DNA of 64,000 nucleotides from Chiloscyllium plagiosum (Eukaryota): positions 76,840,685 to 76,904,684 of the forward strand of contig NC_057711.1 in the NCBI RefSeq assembly GCF_004010195.1, in the 5' to 3' direction. The number at the start of each line of letters is the position of its first letter. Positions within the stretch are counted from its first letter, which is position 1. Under the pieces are notes generated by a model that saw only the letters and a list, made by a program, of their open reading frames with translations, searched no databases and was not told the DNA's origin. The position numbers and the translations under genes are program-made. This document shows positions 51,282-64,000 of the stretch, in pieces.

Positions 51282-51380
51282 TTTTTGATAGTGTCTGGAA
51301 TCTGAACATGCTGCATGGGGATGAGTTCCTCCAGCTCAGCCAGGCTACTGACATATCTCACCTTACTGCTGAATTTTGAA
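51282..51380 (-). CDS. PRUNE2: PRUNE2 BCH-domain C-terminal exon, 99 nt, phase 2-2
   Basis: Acceptor ttattttcatcag, donor AA|gtgagt. Translates [33 protein letters not shown]. Confidence 0.93.
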
Positions 51381-51664
51381 CTGATGAAAATAATTCAAAA
51401 CCATTGTTATATCTTTCAAAGCATAAAGATAAACATTACAAAGCAGTCGTTGCCCAAACATTTTATAAAGTAAGTTTACTTTCACCAGGAATTCAGGTAT
51501 TTGTTGTTTCCAAAGTGTTCCATAACATTCTCAAAAGTAATCAATGACCACTTGAGGAAATTGTCCCACCTTCATTGTTGCTCTACTGATTTAAAATTAA
51601 TGTAAAAATCTATACATGAAATCCTCCAAGGTTACATATATTTAGAACATGACTTGATTGCAGC

Positions 51665-52500
51665 ATAGAGTCATGGGGGTTGTACAGCACAGAAACAGAC
51701 CATGCCAACCAGATATTCTAAATTAATCTATCCCGTTTGCCAGCACTTGGTCTACATCCCTCTAAATCATTCCTATCCGTGTACCCATCCTTCAAATGTT
51801 GGAATTGTACCAGACTCCTCCACTTCCTCTGTCAGCTCATTCCATACATGCATCACCCTGTGTGTGAAAAAATTGCTCCTTAGGTCCCTTTTAAATCTTT
51901 CCCCGCTTACCTTAAGCTTATGCCTTCTAGTTTTAGACTTTACTATCCTGGGGAAAAGACCTTGAGACTATTCACCCTATTCATGCCCCTCAATTTTATA
52001 AACCTATATAATGTCATTCCCTCAGCCTCCAACACTTCAGGGAAAACAGCACTAGTCTATCAGCTCTCCCTATTGCTCAAACCCTCCTAACCCTGGCAAT
52101 ATCCTTGTAAATCTTTTTTGCACCCGCTCAAGTTTAACAACATATTTCCTATAGCAGGGAGACCAAAATTGAATGCGGTATTCTAAAAGTGGCCTAACAA
52201 ATGTCCTATACAGCCGTAATATTACACCCCAACTCCTATACTCAATGCCCTGACCAATAAAAGTATATCAAATGCCTTCTATCCTGTCTACTTGTGACTC
52301 CACCTTCAAGGAACTATGAACGTGCACCCTAAAGTCTCTTTGCTCTGCAACACTCTTGAGGACTCTACCAATAAGTGTGCAAGTCCTGCTTTAATTTGCT
52401 TTCCCAAAATACAATACCTCACATTTATCAAAATTAAACTCCATCGGTCACTCTTCAGCCCACCAGACTGCCAGACTAAGATTAGTAGTTGAGAATATGT
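51665..52500 (-). mobile_element. CR1 3' fragment
   Basis: Tail catagagtcatg on plus; RT C-terminal motifs on the reverse strand. Confidence 0.85.
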
Positions 52501-52504
52501 GTGT

Positions 52505-53570
52505 TTAAGAAAAAAGGAAATAGAAGCAACAAAGCCCTGTGGCCTCTCAAGCCTATTCTCTAACAGCCAATTTGAATCTGACCCTAACTCCAATTTTTAA
52601 CCTGCCTCCTATAACCCTTGACCTCCTTGAAGATCAAAATCTAGCCAACTTGGTCTTGAAAATACTCAAGCAGCAGCTTTCATTGCTCTTTAGTGTAGAG
52701 AATGTAAAAAGATTAACAAGCCTCAAAAAAGAAATTTCTCTCCATTTCCATCTTAGATTAGAAAGATCTTATTTTAAACCGTGTCATCTAGTCCTAGATT
52801 GCCCCAAGAGGGGAAACATCCTCTCAGCATCCTCCCTGTTAAGTTGCCTCAGAATCCTACATATTTCAATAAAACACCTCTCAGTTTTCTAAATTTTAAT
52901 GAATATAGGCTCAAACTGCTACACCATTCATAGAATCCCTACAGTCTCGAAACAAGCGATACAGCCCATCAAATCAACACCCTCTGAACAGCATACCACC
53001 CACACCCATACTCCAAACCAGTCCCTATAACCTTTCATTTTCCATGGCCAATCCACCTCGCCTGCACATCTTTGGACTATGGGGGGAACCAGAGCACCCA
53101 GAAGATGCCTATGCAGACACAAGGAGAATGTACAAACTCCACACAGACTGTCACCGAAAGGTGGAATTGAAAGCAGGTCCCTAATGTTGTGAGGCAGCGG
53201 TGCTAACCATTGAGTCGCTATGCCGCTCCATTACTCATCTGACTAACTTTTCCCTCGTGAACCTTCTCTAAACTGCCTGCAATCCCAGTATATCCCAGCT
53301 CAGTAAGGAAGTCAAAACCATACAGTTTACTCTAGGTACAATCTCAATGCAACAAAGGCTAACATTTCCTTTGCTTCCAATTATTTGCTGTACTTGCATA
53401 GTAACTTTGTGGTGATTCAAGTACAGTTCCCTCACTACCAATTCATTGTAGTCTCTTTCCATTTAATGGATATCCCTCTTTTCTTCCCACCAAACTGTAT
53501 ATCCTCACATTTTACCACATTATCCTCCAACACTCAAATTCTTGTTCATTCATTTAATCTATTTCCATAT
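52505..53570 (-). mobile_element. Older CR1 3' fragment interrupted by a V-SINE (52928-53226)
   Basis: Degenerate CR1 motifs; the SINE has an A box and a V domain. Confidence 0.7.
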
Positions 53571-54256
53571 GCCCCTCTTCTGGGTGGTATTTAATGGAGC
53601 CTTAGTGAATCCAGGCATCTATAGGTGCCTACTATTGGTTTGATATGCCACCTGAGATATGATGGAACAATTTTGCTGAACTATGTTTAACACATAGCTT
53701 CTTCAGCAGTGACATAATTTATCTAGAATTTCATTAATGACCTTTGGGGAAGGAAGCTGCCATCCTTACCTAGTCTGGCCTATATGTGAATCTAAACTCA
53801 CCAACAATGACTCTTATACTGTCCTCTGGGTAATTAGCGATGGGCAATAAATGCTGGCATAGCCAGTGATGCTCTCATCCCTTGAATGAATAAAAATAAA
53901 AGATTAGTGTTCAGGAATGCTATATACAGAAGTTCTGTGCTCTAAGTATAGACAAATCTTACTCCTGAACCATGTCCTGGAGAAACATAGGATACTGGGT
54001 ACAGACAAGATGTCAGAAGTCATAGAATTACACAAATTAAACAGCAAAGTGGCATGGAGGTGGTTTTCTTCTGTATAAATTTAATTTAGTCCCAATTTAA
54101 TCTGTAGTAATAAAAAAATTGTGACACCTCTAAGTATTTCTGTAATGATAAATAAATATCTATGCTGGTTACAGATATCCATAAAAAGTGAATATTTATA
54201 TGCTTAATATTTGTTCATCTCTCTGAATATCACATAGGAAAACCGTACCAACCTAC

Positions 54257-54343
54257 CTAATGAATGGCCGAGTGACTGCAAGGATCGTCCTGATAAACCA
54301 TGATGGATGCACAATTATAAATGATTTCAGATTCTTCCTCAAC
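54257..54343 (-). CDS. PRUNE2: PRUNE2 BCH-domain exon, 87 nt, phase 2-2
   Basis: Acceptor ttttcatcacag, donor AG|gtaggt. Translates [29 protein letters not shown], in frame with both neighbouring exons. Confidence 0.95.
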   Translation of the reverse strand, partial: VEEESEIIYNCASIMVYQDDPCSHSAIH

Positions 54344-54419
54344 CTGTGATGAAAAATTCTCTCAATAATATACTAACACCTCATAAGCATGTAACATTTT
54401 CACCACTTCCCAATGTTCT

Positions 54420-54806
54420 GTTCTCAATGGAAAGAAGAAGGGTAAGAGGGGATTTTATAGAGACATACAAGATGATCAGAGGATTAGATAGGGTAGACAG
54501 TGAAAGTCTTTTTCCTAAGATGATGACCGTCAGCTTGTACAAGGGGGCATAAGTACAAAATGAGGGGTGATAGATCCAAGACAGATGTCAGAGGCAGGTT
54601 CTTTACTCAGAGAGTGGTAAGGGTGTGGAATGCCCTACCTGCCAATGTAATCAACTCAGCCACATTAGGAAGATTTAAACAATCCTTGGATAATCACATG
54701 GATGATGATGGGATAGTGTAGGGGTCGAGCTGAGAATAGTTCACAGGTTGGCGCAACACCGAGGGCTGAAGGGCCTGTTCTGCGCTGTATTGTTCTATGT
54801 TCTATA
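54420..54806 (+). mobile_element. CR1 3' end with (TTCTATG)n tail, ~75 bp upstream of a PRUNE2 acceptor
   Basis: LFSMERRRVRGDFIETYKMIRGLDRVD; tail gagggctgaagggcctgttctgcgctgtattgttctatgttctat. Confidence 0.9.
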
Positions 54807-55675
54807 TTCCATGTTCATACAATTTTGTTATTTTAAATCATATTCTTAATCTGACAGCTATGGAAGCTTATTACATTGGTTTAGACACCTACAAATGGGA
54901 TGAGAATTCAGAAAAAAAAATCAAGAAAATAATCTCTTTGACTAAATTAGAGACTGATGATACTGCGCATTCTAGTCAAAGGAGTATATTCAGTCAAATC
55001 AGCAATTCAACAAATTACTTTCTGCAGCTATTCTAACATTGCATGCTAGGTTGTTTATGTAATTATGGAAAGCTTTTAATAAGGTAATAGAAGCAAAAAC
55101 ATTGAGTTTACTCCAGATAAATTGGATTCCATGAAGAAATAGTACACTAGAGAAAGAAGCTTTATCTTTGGGAGAGTTTCTTTCTCTTTATCTTAGTCTT
55201 TTCTGGATCAAAGTAAGAAGGCGATTCCAATCAAATTTCCTTTAATTTATTATTGAAGACTGAAATTCAAAATGTAAAAGGTTGATATCAACTCAGCTTC
55301 TGACTCAAGTTTTCAATGCTATCAAAATAATAACATTGATGTGCTCAGTGCAATTTGATGGTCTATCCTACATGCACTGACAACAGCCCAAGAGAGATAG
55401 TAACTACTGTTCATTACAGAGCTCAGACTAATCACTGATTGAGTTCAGTGGGTAACCACAGCTCTATTCACTTGGTCTTCAGGTTGATATGACTACATAA
55501 GATTGAAAAGAGAAAAGCTAATGTTAGCACCCAGCACTTGCATTTAGGGCTGGTGTTTAGGTGCTCCTTCTGCTAAACCCCAAGAAATTTCTGATGGTTC
55601 TGTTGGAATTACAGTAAGGAGGCTTACTCTGTACTGGAGAGGTTGATTGTAATGTTAATAATGAAAAATACTTGC

Positions 55676-55807
55676 CTTCTGTCAATCATTTGATAGCACC
55701 TTTTCATCCAGCTAAAACCTGGCATTTTTCGCCGTGGAGTAGCTCCATTTAGATAAATGATCATGTAGTCCTCAGCTACCAAGAGTTCTAAGGTACTGAT
55801 CACATAC
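55676..55807 (-). CDS. PRUNE2: PRUNE2/BMCC1 BCH (CRAL-TRIO-like) domain exon, 132 nt, phase 2-2
   Basis: Acceptor ttttttcttcgaccacag, donor AG|gcaagt (GC donor). Translates [44 protein letters not shown], nearly identical to the BCH domain of PRUNE2/BNIP2/ATCAY as I recall it. Confidence 0.93.
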
Positions 55808-55860
55808 CTGTGGTCGAAGAAAAAAATGGTTTTGTTTGAGTGAATTTTAAAAATTGCATT

Positions 55861-56200
55861 TGTGATGACATATGTCTTTAAGAGGTGTATTTTGCCCTTT
55901 TTTTTTAAAATGAAGAAAGATTGAGACAGAGGTAATGAACTGTCTGTTCAAAGCCAATAAACTAAAGTTTGTGAGGCCTTGAGTTTTTTTTTTAAGAAGC
56001 TGGAACAATACAAGCAGCCTGAATGGGTGGGGTCAAGCTCCCACAGAACTAGGATTTTTAGTTTTAGCTTTCAGCAATTGTTAAGGTCTAGAAGCTGGAT
56101 GTGGAAGCTCTTATTTCTCTCTTTGTTATAGCGAAAAGCTGGGATTATCTCCCTACTACTAGAATTGCATATGAGAAAATCCATTTCACTGAATTTACCT
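55861..56200 (+). mobile_element. Probable LTR 5' half; its 3' half may lie at 60880-61163
   Basis: Begins TGTGATG; after the CR1 block the sequence has AATAAA near 60987 and ends GTGTGACA. No TSD matched. Confidence 0.4.
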
Positions 56201-56589
56201 TCAGTGGTAGTGGTGGTATGAGGAGTAATTTTGAGGATTACAGGATGATTGACTGGGTGGTTGACAGTGAGGAGAAAGAACCTAGGTTACAGGCAGATAT
56301 AGACAGGTTAGCCAGATTGATGGATCAATGCCAGATGGAATTTGAACCTGATAATGTTTGGTGATTCATTTGAAACAGATAATAAGTAAAGAGAGTACTC
56401 GATGAATGGTAAAACACATGCAATGAACACTCTATGCTTCTGCAAGCCAGTGACACTGTCTGGTGAAGAGAGATTAAGGAATAGCAAGTCCTAGCAAGGC
56501 ATAAGCATAATTTCATCATTGAATTACCTTCCCAGTCTTTTCCTTTGTGCATAACACCAATTTCCTTTGTGTGTCCTAGTCTGTTGTAA

Positions 56590-59500
56590 ATGTTGGTTTC
56601 TGGAAGAACTCCGGCTCAGAGTAAATGAGCTAGAGTCTGAGCTTCAAACACTGCAACACATCAGGGAGGGGAAAGAGTTTTCTGGACTCTGTTTGAGGAG
56701 ACAGTCACACCCATTAGACTAACTAATTCTAATTCAGCCAGAAGTCAGGAACAGCAGACTATGGCTGAAAGTGAGGCAGATACAGGGATCCAGGAGGTAG
56801 AGTTGCAGAGCCTCAGCCCTTACCCTTGTCCAACGGGTTCAAGAGTTTTGCTCCCTGTGTGGGGGAGAATGGGGACTGCAGGGAGATGAGCCAACTGACC
56901 ACAGCACCGTGGTGCAGGGAGCCATTCAGGTGGGGGGGGGGGGGGGGGGGGGGAGAGAAGAGAAATTTTATTGTAATTGGGGATAGTACAGTTAGGGGCA
57001 TAGATACTGTTCTCAATAAGCAGGATCGAGAATCCCGAATGTTGTGTTGCCTGCCTGGTGTTCGACTTCGGGATATCTCATCTGGGCTGCAGAGGAACTT
57101 TGAGTAGGAGGGTAAAGATTCAGTGGTTGTGGTCCACATAGGTACCAACAACATAGAAAAGACTAGGGCAGAGATTCTGCTAACAGAATATGAACACATA
57201 AATTAAAAAGCTGAACCAAAAAGGTAATAATCTCTGGATTACTACCTGAGCCACAAAGCTAATTGGCAAAGTGTCAATAACATTAAGCAGGTAAATGAGT
57301 GGCTCAAAGATTGGTGTGGGAGGAATGAGTTGGAATTCACGGGACATTAGCACCAGTATTGGGTCAGAAGGGATGGGACAGTCTTCATCTGAACCAAGCT
57401 AGGACCAGAGTCCTAGTGAATCGCATAACTAGGACTATAGGCAGGGTTTTAAACTAAATGTGTGGAGGAGGCATGTATGTGTCTATGTGGAGACAAGAGG
57501 TGATAGGGAAAATTAGAAAACCCGAATTAAAAGAGAAGTTAAGACTGCAGAACAAAGGAGAGATTATTAAAATCTCCAGCACAGACACGAATAGGACAGA
57601 ATATTTGGAAAGGGTTAGCAATCAAATTTCAAGTACATTGGCCAAACGAATGATAATGAGAAGAGGGATGGTTAATATAGCACTCAAGGCGTTATATCTG
57701 AATGCACGCAGTATAAGGAATAAGGTAAATGAGCATGTGCCGCAGATCGAAATTGGCAAGAATAATGTGGTGGGCATCACGGAGACATGGCTACAATGGA
57801 ATCAGGATTGGGAGCTGAATATTCAAGGAGATATATCCAATCAAAAAGATAGGCAGGTGGGCAGAGGAGGTTGGGTTGCCCTATTAGTAAAAATGAAATT
57901 AAATCAATATTAAGAAATGAAGGAGGGTCAGATGGTGTAGAGTCTGTGTGGGCAGAATTGAAAAACTGCAAAGGTTTAAAAAAAAATATTTGGAGTCACG
58001 TATAGGCCTCCAAACAGTAGTTGAGCTGGAGCACAAGATGCACAAGGAGATAGAAAAGGTGTGTAGGAAAGGCAAAGTTACAGTGATCATGGGGCATTTC
58101 AATGTGCAGGTGTACTGGGAAAATCAGGTTGGTAGTGGCTCACAAGAAAAGGAATTTGTGGAATGTTTACGAGATGGCTTTTTGGAGCAGCTTGTGGTGG
58201 ATTCCTCTCGTGAACAGGCAATTTAGTGATGTGCGATGAGGCAGACTTGACAAGGGAGCTTAAGGCGAAGGATATCTTCGGAAGCAGTAATCATAACATA
58301 ATCGAATTTACTCCTCAATTTGAGAGGGAGAAGATAGAATTAGAGGTAACAGTATTTCAGCTGAACAAAGGCAACTATAGAGGCATGAGGGAGGAGCTGG
58401 ACAGAATTGACTGGGAGAGAAGCCGAACAGGAAAGACAATGGAACAGAAATGGCAGGGGTTTCTGGGGGTAATTCAGGAGACACAACAGAGATTCATTCT
58501 GAGGAAAAAGAAGCATGGTACAGGGAGGATGAGGCAGCTATGGCTGACTAAGGAAGTCAGGGATAGCATTAAAGCAAAAGAGAAAATTTATAATGTGGCG
58601 AAGAACAGTGGGAAACCAGAGGATTCAAAAGTTTACAAAGATCAACAAAAAAAAAAGGAAAAGATTAAATAGGAGAGTATGCTAGCCACTAATATCAAGG
58701 AAAACTGTAAGAATTTCTTTAGAAACATAAAGGGCAACAGAGAGGCAAAAGCGGACATTTGGCCATTGGAAAATGATGCAGGAGAGATGGTAGTGGGGAA
58801 CAAGGAAATGGTTAAGGAACTGAATAATTACTTCACATCAGTCTTCACAGAGAAACAAGTTAATTCCCAAAAATTCAAAACGGAGGGTATGGTGAGCTGA
58901 GTACGGCGGCCACCACCAAGAAAGAGGTGCTAGAAAAACGGAATTGCCTGAAGGTGGATAAATCACTTGGACCAGATGGACTACACCCCAGCTTTCTAAG
59001 GGAGATAGCTGGAGAGATAATGGAGGCATTAGTGGTAACCCTTCGGGTATCACTAGAATCAGGAAGGGTCCCAGAGGACTGGAAAATCACTAACATAACA
59101 CCCCTGTTTAAAAAGGGAGTAAGTCAGAAGACAGAAAATTACCCTAACCTCGGTCGTGGGTAGGATATAGAATCCTGAATCCTGATTTCTGAATACTTGG
59201 AAGTGAATGGTAAAATAGGGCAGAGTCAGCATGGTATCATCAAGGGTTTTCCATGTCTGACAAATCTGCTGGAACTCTTTGAAGATTTTACAAAATTATG
59301 AGGGGCATGGATAGGGTAAATAGGCAAAGTCTTTTTCCTGGGGTCGGGGAGTCCAGAACTAGAGGGTATAGATTTAGGATGAGAGGTGAAAGATATAAGA
59401 GAGACCTACAGGGCAACGTTTTCATGCAGAGGGTGGTACGTGTATGGAATGAGTTGCCAGAGGAAGTGGTGGAGGCTGGTACAATTGCAACATTTAAGAG

Positions 59501-60880
59501 GCAATTGGATGGGTATGAAGGGATATGGGCCGGGTGCTGGCAGGTGGGACTAGATTGGGTTGGGATATCTGGTCACATGACGGGTTGGACCGAAGGGTCT
59601 GTTTCCATACTGTATATCTCTGTGACTCTATGACTCTAAGTAACGAGCAGAATAGACCAAAGACAACCAATGGATGTTATCTACCTGGACTTCAAGAAGG
59701 CCTTTGACAAGGTGCCATACAGGAGGCTACTGAGTAAGATAAGGGCTTGTGGCATTAGAGGCAAGGTGCTAGCATGGACAATTGGCTGTCTGGCAGTAAG
59801 CAGAGAGTCGGAATAAAAGGGTCCTTCTCAGGGTGACAGCCGGTGACAAGTGGTGTTCTGCAAGGTTCAGTGTTGGAACCACAACTTTTCACTTTATACA
59901 TTAGTGATCTAGATGAAAGAATTGAGGGCATTCTGGCTAAGTTTGCAGATGTTACAAAGATAAGTAGAGGGGCAGATAGCATTGAGAAGGCAAGGAACCT
60001 GCAGAAGGATTTGGACAGGTTAGGAGAGTGGGCAAAGAAGTGACAGATGGAATACAACGTGGGAATGTGTGACGTCATGGACTTTGGGAGGAAGAGGAGG
60101 CATGGACTATTTTCTAAATGGAGAGAAAATTCAGAAGTCTGAATGCATAGAGACTTGGGAGGAGGATTCTCCCAGGATATTCCAGGATTCTCTCAGGGTA
60201 AACTTGCAGGTTGAGTCAATAGTTAAGAAGGCAAATGCAATGATAGCATTTATTTTGAAAGGACTTGAATATAAAAGCAGAATTGTATGTCTGAGGCTCT
60301 AAAAGGCTCTGGTAAGGCCACATTTGGAGTACTGTGCACAGTTTTGGGCCCCATATCAGAAAGGATGTACTGGTCTTGGAGCGTGTTCAGAGGAGATTCA
60401 TGAGAATGGCCCCAGGAATGAACAGCTTAACATATGAGGAACATTGGAGGACTGTAGGTCTATACTCGGTGGAGTTTAGAAGGTTGAGGGATGACCTAAT
60501 TGAAGCTTACAAAATACTGAATGACTTGGACACGGCAGATGTTGGGAAGATGTTTCCATTGGTAGGAGAGACTGGGACTCGAGGGCACAGCCTTAGAGTA
60601 AAGAGAAGACTTTTTAGAAGGGAGATAAGCAGAAACATCTTCAGCCAGAGAGTGGTGAATCTATGGAATTCACTGCCACAGAAGACTATGGAGGCCAGGT
60701 CATTGAGTATCTTTAAGACAGAGAAAGATAGATTATTGATTCTAAAAGGGATCAAAGGTTATAGGGAGACAGCAGGAGAATGGGATTCAGAAGCTCATCA
60801 GCCATCACTGAATGGCAGATCAGACCCAATGTGCTGAATAGCCTAATTTCTGCTCCTATATCTTATGGTCCTATATCTGT
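56590..60880 (+). mobile_element. Near full-length CR1 LINE: ORF1 with SGNH esterase, ORF2 with APE endonuclease and RT; degenerate
   Basis: ORF1 VIGDSTVRGID..CCLPGVRLRDIS..VVHIGTNN; endonuclease LYLNARSIRNK..VGITETWL; RT SLGPDGLHP, GVLQGSVLEP, KFADVTK; CR1 3' tail at 60810-60875. Confidence 0.93.
59287..59637 (+). mobile_element. Younger CR1 3' end nested inside the long CR1's RT
   Basis: Interrupts the host at LELFE|EVT; ends ctctgtgactctatgactcta. Confidence 0.85.
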
Positions 60881-61328
60881 ATATGTGTGAAAGGCAAGTT
60901 TTATAAGAGGGTGAGAGTCTTAATTAGTAGAGTTACAGGTTGCCGGTTCACGACTGTCTATTTGTAACTAAAGTCTATTCACTTGTAATAAATAGTAATT
61001 CTCATTAAGTTTAGAAACGTAGTCCCTGCATTCTGTTAACCTGGGTATGAAAGACTTACACATTCAGGAATACTGCCACACTTCGATAAAATACTCAATT
61101 TTTTTGTTGACTCCAGAAATAGCAGGACTTGATTTCTAGCATGTTACACCAGTGAGGTGTGACAACTGCTTGAATATTATGAGAGTTTCTGACTCAACCA
61201 CCTTTTCAGGCAGTGAATTCCAGACTTCACTAATGGCTGAGTTAAGAAGAAATTCTCCTCAGTTCCCAACCTCAGTATCGTCTCACTGGAGCAGCACATT
61301 GAAATTCAAGCCCTGTTATTCCGGGAGT

Positions 61329-61854
61329 TGTCGTAAAGGTTAACAATTTTATCAAGTACACAACGTCCCCAATGTACTTATCTGATAGACGCAGGTTAAC
61401 AGAAAACATGGACTAGATTTCTGTAGTTAAGAAGAACTATCTTTTATTACAGATGGATTCTAACAACAGGCAGACACAACTGTGGTGATGTCATATAACT
61501 CTAATAATTACAAATCTAACCCCTTTTAAAATATTCCTCCACACCTACATACAGAGGGACAAAAAAACCCATTGGTGTTATAGGTGGGGTAAAATAAAAA
61601 CTGAATAACATTTTAACTGTACAAGTCCTCAGAATGGATTGTTCATTCGTTTTCCACATCCTTCGGTTGTCTGGTCTTTTTCCTTAGGTGTATAGCAAAT
61701 TAAAGAGTCAGGTGTGGTGGTTTTAATCTTATTAGAGGGTTAAATTAACATTTAATATTTCTTGCTCAACCCTCCTACAAAACTGGATTATACAGATGAA
61801 CAATTTTGAGGAGAAACACAAGGGCAACAAGGCAGCACACAGATTGTTACAACA
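61329..61854 (-). mobile_element. Possible solo LTR
   Basis: Termini TGTCGTAA...TTACAACA (near-perfect inverted); minus-strand AATAAA near 61443; no TSD. Confidence 0.4.
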
Positions 61855-61859
61855 CAGGA

Positions 61860-62520
61860 AGAGACCATTCTGTCAGCGATGGCTCTACCAGCTCTGTAAA
61901 TAAGCAACTTACCCAGAGTTATTCCCCCAGATTCTCCATAAAGCCCTGCACCTTCACATTTTCCAGTTAACAATCCAATTCTCTCTTCAATGCCTCAATT
62001 AAACCTACCTCCACCATCTTCTCAGGCAATGCATTCCAGATTGCTGTGGCATCACTGCTTGTTTTTTTTGTCAATATTTGCTTGCTCTTATTCTTGATAT
62101 TTCTAATAATGGAACATTTTTCCTCATTTAGTCTGTCCAGAACAATCATGCTTTTGAATATCATTATCAGATCTCCTCTTAACATTAGTTTCTCCAAGGA
62201 AAACTGTCCCAATTGGTCAACTATATCCACATAACAGAAATTTCTCTTTCCAAGGATATTTTTTTCCCAAATGTTTCTGTTCTGTCCTTAATGGCTTCAC
62301 ATTCTTCCCAAAATGTGGCACCCAGAAATGTACTTCAGCTGAGGCCAAATCATTGCACACACTTTTAACATAGTTTACTGTGCCCCTGTTAATAAAGTTG
62401 GGGAATTTAAATATTTTATTCGCCACTCCGCCTTGCTTTTCTGCCCAACTCCCACCTTTTGAGTTGTACCTCATATTTTGTATTGTTTCTCCACATTTTT
62501 CCTCCCAAGATTAACCACTT
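61860..62520 (-). mobile_element. Old CR1 3' fragment
   Basis: LGQFSLEKLMLRGDLIMIFK..WNALPEKMVE. Confidence 0.8.
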
Positions 62521-62579
62521 CACACCTCACAAAAGGAAAAGAATTATGGTATAGGTAAATTGCCATTGTATTATCAAAC

Positions 62580-62772
62580 CATAGAGTTGTTCTCCCAATA
62601 GAGAGAAATAATTGGTGGTGGTTTAACCTGAGGGTCACAATGCTTCAGGCGAGAGAAGAGGTTGAGAAGGTGTGTACTTCATGATAACCACAGCGGTGCA
62701 GGAATTGAACCCACGCTACTGGTGGCTCTCTACATCACAAGTCAACTGTCCAGCCAACTGAACTAACCAGTC
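62580..62772 (-). mobile_element. tRNA-derived SINE, third family
   Basis: Minus-strand head ggttagttcagttggctggacag..gcgtgggttcaattcc (A and B boxes). Confidence 0.6.
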
Positions 62773-62829
62773 ACCAATGACTTAAATGATTAGCTGGAAA
62801 ACAGCAATCGGTATAGTAACAGAAGTGTT

Positions 62830-64000
62830 AAAAAAAGGATTCTGGGTAATCCAAGATGAAAGATGGGAAAAATTTCTGGCTGTAACAGCTGCTTTTGTTT
62901 TTGAGGTATTTTAGGTATTGGAGTTGATTTCCTTGAATTCCAGGAGCAGCAATTAAGGTTTTACATGCTGTTGCATTGTTTTGACTTTTTTCCCCAAAGT
63001 TCCAAAACAACAGGAGTTTTAAAAGGGAGAAGAATAGACAAAGTAAGCATATGATGAGGTCAGTGCAGGAGACAGACAGAGAGAAAGAAACTTAAATCAC
63101 AGTGAACCTGCACAGTTACTGCCTTTGCTGCTTGAATTCATGTATTGCTAGACATCAGAGTGCGGCTGGGAAAATTAACAAACAGTGAAATTCACAACTG
63201 ATCTTGGAGGAACGGTTGGGTGAAGTCATAGAACAGAAACAGGTAAATGTATTGTTTTAAGTGTGGCCTATAGAAAGTCTGCAGTAGTGAGTAGAATGGT
63301 TTCTTTCTTGATTATATGTTTTTTGAGATATGTCTCTTGATTAAACTTAAAATGTAAGCCATAACTATTCATTTAATCTGGGGGCAATATTTTGTAGAGG
63401 AATAAGACTGTGTTATTTTCTGGGTCTGTAGATTGTGAAGGAGCAAAAATGGCCTTTAGTAGAGTTATATGCGCTTCTTGTCAAACGTGGGAGTTTAACG
63501 ATGAGTTTACGGGTTACTGCGGATTATATCTGCAATAAATGCTGTTGGTTGCGAATCCTATCAGATCAAATGAATCGGTTGGAGAGATAGTTAGAGGCAA
63601 TGAGGAATTTGCAACAGCAATGGTACGTGTTGGATGGCAGTTATAGGAAGGGGCAAAGTCTCATACAGTCACATAGATGGGTTAACTCCAGAAAAGATAG
63701 AAGAGGTAAGGCAGCTAGTGCAGGAGTCTTCTGTGGCTATCCCCATTTCAAGTAAGTATGCTGTTTTGGAAAATGTAGGGGGTGATGGATTCACAGGGGA
63801 ACGTAGCACGAACAGCCAAGTTTCTGGTATTGAGACTGGCTCTAATGCAACGAGGGTATGTTGGGTTCCGAAAGATCAATTGTGTTAGGGGACTCTATAG
63901 TCCGGGGCACAGACAGACGTTTCTGTGGCCAACAGCGAAAAATCAGAAAGATGTATTGCTTCCCTGGTGCCAGGATCAAGGATGTCTCAGAGAGGGTGCA
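62830..64000 (+). mobile_element. CR1 LINE 5' UTR and ORF1 (zinc finger/coiled coil, start of SGNH esterase), running off the window
   Basis: ATG at ~63449: MAFSRVICASCQTWEF..DYICNKC..; VLGDSIVRGTDRRFCG..FPGARIKDVSERV; frameshifted. Confidence 0.85.

Noticed and set aside
51362-51380. Apparent internal donors (gtaagg/gtgaga) suggesting a 14-19-nt microexon
   Set aside because: They lie within the 99-nt BCH exon, whose full translation matches the family.
56932-56953. Poly-G and poly-C runs (also 37202-37219 and 7554-7590) as G-quadruplex elements
   Set aside because: These are homopolymer expansions inside repeats, one next to an N gap; lengths are unreliable and there is no functional evidence.

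Overview
Vertebrate genomic DNA, most likely elasmobranch (shark). This is inferred from the repeat complement: V-SINE/HE1-type SINEs with CR1-type tails, a Deu-type SINE, abundant CR1 LINEs and Penelope-like elements. The one host gene I can support is the 3' end of PRUNE2 (BMCC1; BNIP2/caytaxin BCH-domain family) on the minus strand. Seven coding exons between 55807 and 30398 splice in frame to ...[159 protein letters not shown]. One intron uses a GC donor. The ORF track largely misses these exons. The rest is mostly transposon-derived: Penelope-like (GIY-YIG) elements with inverted pseudo-LTRs, target-site duplications (TSDs) and minimal hammerhead ribozyme motifs; CR1, L2-like and RTE LINE fragments; SINEs; and probable solo LTRs. 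The best leads are the hammerhead motifs (one in a fold-back inside a PRUNE2 intron, on the sense strand) and a cluster of candidate micro/alternative exons at the PRUNE2 C-terminus. Repeat boundaries were read by eye and are approximate; exon boundaries were counted to the base.
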